From an uncultured Senegalimassilia sp. (lineage in GTDB: Bacteria > Actinomycetota > Coriobacteriia > Coriobacteriales > Eggerthellaceae): a DNA stretch of 64,000 nt. The notes under the pieces are model-generated. The model saw only the letters and a list, made by a program, of their open reading frames with translations, ran no database searches and was not told where the DNA came from. The stretch spans positions 179,720 through 243,719 of the forward strand of contig NZ_CAKTVU010000002.1 of assembly GCF_934630535.1 (NCBI RefSeq), given 5' to 3'. Within the stretch, counting starts at the first letter, position 1; every line of letters begins with the position of its first letter. Shown here in pieces: positions 58,185-64,000 of this stretch. A program made the position numbers and the translations under genes.

Positions 58185-61100
58185 CTACTTCAACCCTCGA
58201 GCAGCGCGCCCAATCGACTTCAAGACCTCACGCCGCCTAGACCCAAATGGAGCGATTGGATCGACGACCCTACGCAAAGGACTATCTTCCGACACAACGC
58301 ATTCATGATCATCTATTGCAGCTTGCTCCGCTATCATCAGCTTTACAGCTTCCGCATGCAGCATACTGCTCAGCTGAACGTAGAAGGGAGTGTCCTTTGC
58401 ATACTCCCAATATAGGTCGAACCTATCACAGCCCATCACCTTCCAGGGCTTTTGCGCACCAGCATAGTGAACAATCTTCTCGTGATTTCGTGAATCATTA
58501 AACGCATCGAAAATAGCACACGGAGCAAACGAGAATACGTTACCAATACGACCAAAGCAATCCGTCATAACATTCCAGTCATAGTCAAGGTATTTCACGC
58601 GACCTTGGCAATGCGCATTGAGGATATCCTGGTCGTTGTAGATATAGCGGTCGTCAGAGGCAAACTCGAGCCACTTCTCCATAGGATGAAGTTTCCTCAT
58701 GGCCTTCGTATTCAAGACAAGCACGCCAGCTTGGAAGTAGTCATACGGCTGATGCATGCCAAGCACTTCTTTTGTGTAACGCATGCGAACGCCGTCTTTC
58801 ATATTGAGATTACCGCAGTAATCGACATCTCGCACCGCAGCAAGCAAGTTATCGCCCAAATCAACCGAGAACAGCTCGGCAACATCTCCCTTGACAATCA
58901 AATCAGAGTCAAGGTAGAGAACCTTGCTGTAATACGGCAAAAGCTCTTGGATAAGGAAGCGATAGTACGTTTCATTGCTGATATGCGGATTGTTCGTCGT
59001 CAATTCATACTGATCGACAAATCGAGAAACATCACAGAACTGCAAGCCAGCATTCTCGAACTGCCCAAAAAACGCCTTCATCCTCTCTTGGTTTTCCCAC
59101 TCGATGCCCTCGTGAAGCACCACAATGTCATAACGGTAAGCATCAGAGGCATTCTTGAGCATCGAGTATATCGTCGTAGTGACCATGGGTACGTAATTGT
59201 TATCCGACGCGAACACCACCGGAATCACCGGCCTATTGTCATTTCCACAGCTCAAAGCCATAGGCAGATAATACCTGTCGGGCTTTGTGAAATGCACGCA
59301 TTGCAGTTGCTTCATTTTCCAGCCAGCACCTATGCGCTCATGATGAAGCAGATAAATGTTAAGCAATCGCTCCGCCAAATGGCCCGGAGTGCGAAGCCCC
59401 TCTTTGCTATACAGGTTCATATCCGCAGAAGCAACGAACTCTTCCAGAAGAGGGAATAACCACGCGCAGTAGTCACGGAAGATTCCCTTCTTCATGATGA
59501 ACATATTGCAGAAGCGCCCGGTATGGCCGGCAAGAAACGCCTTTGCATCCTGCTCATATTCGGGATGGCGGGCAACCAAGATATCGATTACCCGATCAAG
59601 GTCTTCAACGAACAACTTCGGAGCCGCATCATACTGGGAGCGGATAGTGGAGTTTTCGCCCATGTAGGAACGAATGTCCTCCACAGGCGTCGTAATCACA
59701 TCATAGTTCTTAACAACTTCGCGAACACGAGCGTCCTCAAGCATGTACTCACGCTGGGAAACGACGTCAATGTAGTCATCCATGACTTCACCGTACGCGT
59801 TCTCCTCATGAGACGTGTCAGAAAAATCAAAGTAGCGACGATAGTGACAAAACCCAATATAATCAGCATCGACATTTTTCCATGCCCAATACTGCGTCGT
59901 AAGCTCGCAGTACATGGGATTCAAGTCTGAGATGCTGTCACCTTCATCATCGCGCAGCGCCCACATGAAACGTTCATCGGTGCGCGACGCCCCAACTTGA
60001 ACAGGCTGAAATACCTGACTATCAAATAGTTCAACGGACTTATGCGCAGAAACGAAGATGCGAATCGGTTCGTCTTCGAACCTGCTAACGCGTTCCATTT
60101 TGCGAATCGAACGAATATGATCATCGACGGCCGAGAGGTATGAAGCAAAAGCAACACTCGTAGCGCTATCGCCACCTACGATTTGATACGCCGCATCGCG
60201 CCAACCCTGAAGAAAATCGGCACTCGGCCCCTTGTCAGTCTTTAGCTTTTCATACGAAGCATCACGAGCGCAACGCATTATCTCAGATGCGACAATGGAA
60301 GGATTAATAACAGAAGCCGCATCTTCAATAGAAAGCAACTTCTCGTCATCTACAACCCGAACTCGCCAATCATTAAATAGTAGCTGCATTAATTTTCTCT
60401 GAGCCCCATTTGCGGATGCAAGCAAATCCGCCGCTGAATAGCTATCGGCATATTGAGATATTTGACAAGCACAAGCCCAGAACGATGCCGCAACGGATGC
60501 AAATTCGGTTCGCCTCCACGCAGACGTGCCGTTTAGCCCTCTGCCAAGATGATATCGAAGACCGACAATGTCATTACGAGTCATTTGCTTTGTTGCCAAT
60601 GAAGAAATCACAAACATCTCGAAAGCGTCTTCCGCACAATCGAGACGCTGAAAAGGCATTTTCGAGAAGGCAGTTTTCACCAATTGTGCAGAAAACACCC
60701 TTTGAGGCATTCTCCAGTCCTGACGATAAGCGCCATTTCCGCCAAATATCGCCGAGAGAATATCCGGGCCTTCCAGCACTTCAACCGGCTGATTGACAAA
60801 TGATTCGAAAGAAGAACGTAGCTCGCCGGGTACACCCTCCCCGATAACGCGAACCCCAAAGTGAAGCATGTCGGCATCTTGCTCTTCTCTCAGCACGCAA
60901 TCGATTTTGCTTAGCAGCCCTTCTTCGAATTCATCATCAGCATCCAAGAACAGCACGTATTCGCCAGAGCACGTTTCCAACGCCGCCCTATGCCCAAGAT
61001 GCAATCCTTCGTTTTGGCGTTTAGTTGTGATCGTGATTCTTTCGTCCTTCTTGGCGTAATCCGCAAGAATATCTGCAGTCCCATCGCTGCTTGCATCATC

Positions 61101-61211
61101 AACGACAATAAGCTCAAAGTCAGCAAAAGATTGACTAAGCACGCTATCAAGACAGCCATGCAGAAACCGGTCACCGTTGTAAACAGATACGCAAATCGAA
61201 AAACGGGGCAC
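58185..61211 (-). CDS. Multidomain glycosyltransferase: GT2, DUF4422 (GT111-like) and GT8
   Basis: GT2 (VYNG, DDAS, FLDADD); DUF4422 (DDEGDSIS.LNP.YCELT.QYWAWKN..IGFCHYRRY, NMFIMK, ERL); GT8 (ASDNNY, YYRF, YLDSD, FQAGVL, DQDILN, HYAG.QKPW). Confidence 0.9.
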   Translation of the reverse strand: MPRFSICVSVYNGDRFLHGCLDSVLSQSFADFELIVVDDASSDGTADILADYAKKDERITITTKRQNEGLHLGHRAALETCSGEYVLFLDADDEFEEGLLSKIDCVLREEQDADMLHFGVRVIGEGVPGELRSSFESFVNQPVEVLEGPDILSAIFGGNGAYRQDWRMPQRVFSAQLVKTAFSKMPFQRLDCAEDAFEMFVISSLATKQMTRNDIVGLRYHLGRGLNGTSAWRRTEFASVAASFWACACQISQYADSYSAADLLASANGAQRKLMQLLFNDWRVRVVDDEKLLSIEDAASVINPSIVASEIMRCARDASYEKLKTDKGPSADFLQGWRDAAYQIVGGDSATSVAFASYLSAVDDHIRSIRKMERVSRFEDEPIRIFVSAHKSVELFDSQVFQPVQVGASRTDERFMWALRDDEGDSISDLNPMYCELTTQYWAWKNVDADYIGFCHYRRYFDFSDTSHEENAYGEVMDDYIDVVSQREYMLEDARVREVVKNYDVITTPVEDIRSYMGENSTIRSQYDAAPKLFVEDLDRVIDILVARHPEYEQDAKAFLAGHTGRFCNMFIMKKGIFRDYCAWLFPLLEEFVASADMNLYSKEGLRTPGHLAERLLNIYLLHHERIGAGWKMKQLQCVHFTKPDRYYLPMALSCGNDNRPVIPVVFASDNNYVPMVTTTIYSMLKNASDAYRYDIVVLHEGIEWENQERMKAFFGQFENAGLQFCDVSRFVDQYELTTNNPHISNETYYRFLIQELLPYYSKVLYLDSDLIVKGDVAELFSVDLGDNLLAAVRDVDYCGNLNMKDGVRMRYTKEVLGMHQPYDYFQAGVLVLNTKAMRKLHPMEKWLEFASDDRYIYNDQDILNAHCQGRVKYLDYDWNVMTDCFGRIGNVFSFAPCAIFDAFNDSRNHEKIVHYAGAQKPWKVMGCDRFDLYWEYAKDTPFYVQLSSMLHAEAVKLMIAEQAAIDDHECVVSEDSPLRRVVDPIAPFGSRRREVLKSIGRAARGLK

Positions 61212-61491
61212 CGTCTACTCCTTTCGGATGAAGATTGTTTGCACAATACATTATCAGTCCAATACTCCTCAATGATATCAATAACGAATTGCCGATGACG
61301 CGGCCTTCCGCGAAACACCGTGGTCAGCATACAAAACCACCGATGAAAGCAAGCGATTTCAAAAAGGCTACGCCACGCAACAGCAAATGATCCTCTTTGG
61401 GTGAAGCCCCACGGCGGACGAGATCTCTTCTTTTATACGGTAGAATGTAGCAGGCAAATGACGCTTACTCAAAGCGAAGAGGATATAGGCA

Positions 61492-62280
61492 ATGACAAAC
61501 AGGACAACCACGCAAACCGAACTCCAACGAAATTGGTTCACGATATCTTCCCTTGTTTCTAAAGACTTCAAGCTTAAGTACCGCAGAAGCATTTTGGGTG
61601 TTGCTTGGTCGGTGCTCAATCCGCTGTTGATGATGTGCGTCCTTGCTGCGGTGTTCACCAATGTTCTTAAGTTTGGCGACGTGGCCAATTTTCCTATGTA
61701 TCTGATTCTAGGCAATGTACTGTTTGCCCTAATGTCCGATTCAACGGGATCTGCCATGACTTCAATTCTTGAGTCAGCCCCCCTTATAAAGAAAATCAAA
61801 ATCTCCAAAATGATTTTCCCGATTGAGAAGGTGTTGTTTCAGCTTGTCAATTTTGCGATATCGCTTATTGCCGTCGTAATCGTCATGGTGTTTTTTAGAA
61901 TCGCACCCACCATTAACCTGCTTGCCTTGCCGCTCTTGCTAATCTACATGCTGCTGTTCTGCAGCGGTTTAGGAATGCTCCTTTCAGCGCTGGCGGTCTT
62001 CTTCCGCGATGTTTGCCATTTTTGGGGCGTCATTATTACTGCGTGGACCTACGCAACGCCCCTTTTCTACCCCGTAAGCCTTCTGCCAAGCTGGATGCAG
62101 GCAGCAGAGGCGTTTAACCCCATGTACCATTACGTCTGCTATTTCAGGGACATCGCCATGTATAACACCATGCCAGGACTGCGAGAAAACCTTGTCTGTC
62201 TCGGCATCGCCGTTATCACCTTTGCTGTGGGATTCTTGGTATTCCGCAAAACCGAAAAAAAGTTCATCCTCTACGTATAG
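61492..62280 (+). CDS. wzm: ABC-2 polysaccharide exporter permease (Wzm/TagG-like)
   Basis: KDFKLKYRRSILG.AWS.LNPL, FFRD, YATPLFYP, NPM. Confidence 0.9.
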   Translation: MTNRTTTQTELQRNWFTISSLVSKDFKLKYRRSILGVAWSVLNPLLMMCVLAAVFTNVLKFGDVANFPMYLILGNVLFALMSDSTGSAMTSILESAPLIKKIKISKMIFPIEKVLFQLVNFAISLIAVVIVMVFFRIAPTINLLALPLLLIYMLLFCSGLGMLLSALAVFFRDVCHFWGVIITAWTYATPLFYPVSLLPSWMQAAEAFNPMYHYVCYFRDIAMYNTMPGLRENLVCLGIAVITFAVGFLVFRKTEKKFILYV

Positions 62281-62289
62281 GCGGGCACC

Positions 62290-64000
62290 ATGCCAACAAA
62301 CGTTAACACCACTCCCCTCGCAATAGCAACCTCGTCCGATGACGCAAACGACAGCCGCCCGGTGATGGTCGATGTCAATCATGTTTCCATGGTTTTCAAC
62401 ATGGCCAGCGAGCAGCTAAACAGCATCAAAGAGTACGTTATCGCCATCGCTAAGCGCGAACTCATGTTCAAAGAGTTTCGCGCACTTGACGATGTGTCGT
62501 TTACCGTAAGAAAAGGCGATGTGTTCGGCATCTTGGGAACCAACGGATCCGGAAAATCGACCATGTTAAAGGTCATAGCCGGCGTACTCGAGCCCTCCGA
62601 GGGAACATGCACCATTAACGGCAACATAGCACCGCTTATCGAGCTTGGTGCCGGTTTCGATATGGAGCTAACCGCGCGAGAGAATATCTACCTGAACGGC
62701 GCGCTACTTGGCTATTCGCGTAAGTTCATTGACGAACATTTTGACGAAATCGTCAGTTTTGCGGAAATCGAAAAGTTCCTCGATATGCCGATGAAGAATT
62801 ATTCTTCGGGTATGGTTGCACGAATCGCATTTGCAATCGCTACCGTAATCATCCCCGACATTCTCATTGTCGACGAGGTGCTTTCCGTTGGCGACTTCAT
62901 GTTTCAGCAGAAATGCGAGCAACGCATTCAGAAGCTCATCAAAGAGCACGAGGTAACCGTTTTGATCGTTTCCCATAGCAACGACCAAATCGAGCGTCTG
63001 TGCAATAAGGCAATTTGGATTGAAAAAGGACACGCCCGCATGATGGGCACTGCAAGCGAAGTGTGCCGCATGTACCGCCTACTCGGAGGCCATGTCGGAA
63101 GTCAGGAAGCGGAATCTAAGGTTGTCGAAATGATTAACCGCGACATCTCCTATCCCGACAACATCGTCACCACGTTATGCGGCGACGACAGATACAGCTC
63201 TGCCGCGAAACTAATGAAATCGGTTCCGACCAAGCGAAACGACATAGTCATTCTTGCTCCCGGGGATTCGATCCCCTCTTGTGTTGTTGCATCTTCACTT
63301 TCAGGGTTAATCGAATGTCCGTTCCTTCTTACTAAGCAGAACTCGATCCCCAACAGCACTGCAGATTTACTTAAATCATATGATGCAAACAAAATCATAG
63401 TTATAGGCGATATCGAGAACGAAGGTATTAAGCGTTCGGCACACGACCACGGACTTAAAAGCGAGATCAGCTTTATCGCTGCCGAAAATCCCCAGGAGCT
63501 TTCTGCAGCTGTGTACGATTTCGGCAGCGCATTTGCTGACTCAAGCTGGAGCAATACGTTGATTCTAGTAAAAGACGACCAAAACGGTGATTTCATCACG
63601 CAGCTACCATATGCCTATGCAAGTCAAGCCCCTGTTCTCATTGCGAATGAGGCCGGCAAACTTTCTGACAAACAAAAAGCAATCCTGAGCGAAGTGCAAA
63701 ACGGAGAGGTTCTTTCCTTTGGCATAAACGCACAGGATCTCGAAAACGAACTCGGTCTGAGCCAGCAAAACGTCACGGTGCATGATTTCCTGGACGATGG
63801 CCCGTATAACGTTAACTGCCATTTTACAGAATGGCAGTTAACCCATACCAACCGCAAGATCTCGGCAGAAACCGCGCTCGTAGCGTCTGTCTGGGACCCC
63901 TTTGACGCACTGCTTGTTGGACCATACGCAGCATATAACGGCTATCCCTGCTTTTTGGAGGACCCACAGGATCTTGATAGCGTATACAGGATGTTCATTC
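62290..64000 (+). CDS. wzt: ABC polysaccharide exporter ATPase (Wzt/TagH-like) with C-terminal CWB2-like repeats; runs off the window end
   Basis: Hand translation: GTNGSGKST, ELGAGF, YSSGM..R..FAIA, VDEVLSVGD..FQ.KC, VSH; then LCGDDRYSSA..VILAPGD..P..LLT. No stop seen before 64000. Missing from the ORF track. Confidence 0.9.
   Translation, partial: MPTNVNTTPLAIATSSDDANDSRPVMVDVNHVSMVFNMASEQLNSIKEYVIAIAKRELMFKEFRALDDVSFTVRKGDVFGILGTNGSGKSTMLKVIAGVLEPSEGTCTINGNIAPLIELGAGFDMELTARENIYLNGALLGYSRKFIDEHFDEIVSFAEIEKFLDMPMKNYSSGMVARIAFAIATVIIPDILIVDEVLSVGDFMFQQKCEQRIQKLIKEHEVTVLIVSHSNDQIERLCNKAIWIEKGHARMMGTASEVCRMYRLLGGHVGSQEAESKVVEMINRDISYPDNIVTTLCGDDRYSSAAKLMKSVPTKRNDIVILAPGDSIPSCVVASSLSGLIECPFLLTKQNSIPNSTADLLKSYDANKIIVIGDIENEGIKRSAHDHGLKSEISFIAAENPQELSAAVYDFGSAFADSSWSNTLILVKDDQNGDFITQLPYAYASQAPVLIANEAGKLSDKQKAILSEVQNGEVLSFGINAQDLENELGLSQQNVTVHDFLDDGPYNVNCHFTEWQLTHTNRKISAETALVASVWDPFDALLVGPYAAYNGYPCFLEDPQDLDSVYRMFI

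Overview
High-GC bacterial DNA that looks like Coriobacteriia (probably Eggerthellaceae); this taxonomy is inferred from gene content, not from a search. Bases 1-590 are the decayed edge of an integrated element: an IS3-type transposase remnant joined to a tyrosine-integrase C-terminus, abutting the 3' end of gpsA. Bases 0.6-32 kb are mostly housekeeping: gpsA, plsY, der, DUF512, a LytTR regulator, ispH, plsC, cmk, aroA, tyrA, rluB, scpB/A, an M50 protease, serC, nadABC-niaR with a NiaR operator, an FHA/Ser-Thr kinase/membrane-protein trio, trmL, an ABC-F ATPase, tRNA-Asn, a large membrane protein and an Hpt protein. From about 32 kb to the window end is a lower-GC cell-envelope locus, the most interesting part. 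It holds five exported proteins with choline-binding-type repeats (GH25 muramidase, L,D-transpeptidase, SxxK beta-lactamase-like, LRR/Ig-like, CotH kinase). It also holds a phosphocholine pathway (HTH-LicC-LicA fusion, LicB-like transporter, LicD), a GT2/DUF2304/Wzx side-chain module, a GT2-DUF4422-GT8 (WbbM-like) polymerase and a Wzm/Wzt exporter. The Wzt is absent from the ORF track and carries three degenerate cell-wall-binding-2 (CWB2)-like repeats. Together these suggest a pneumococcus-like phosphocholine-glycan plus choline-binding-protein display system. All family calls come from motifs read by eye; no database searches were run.
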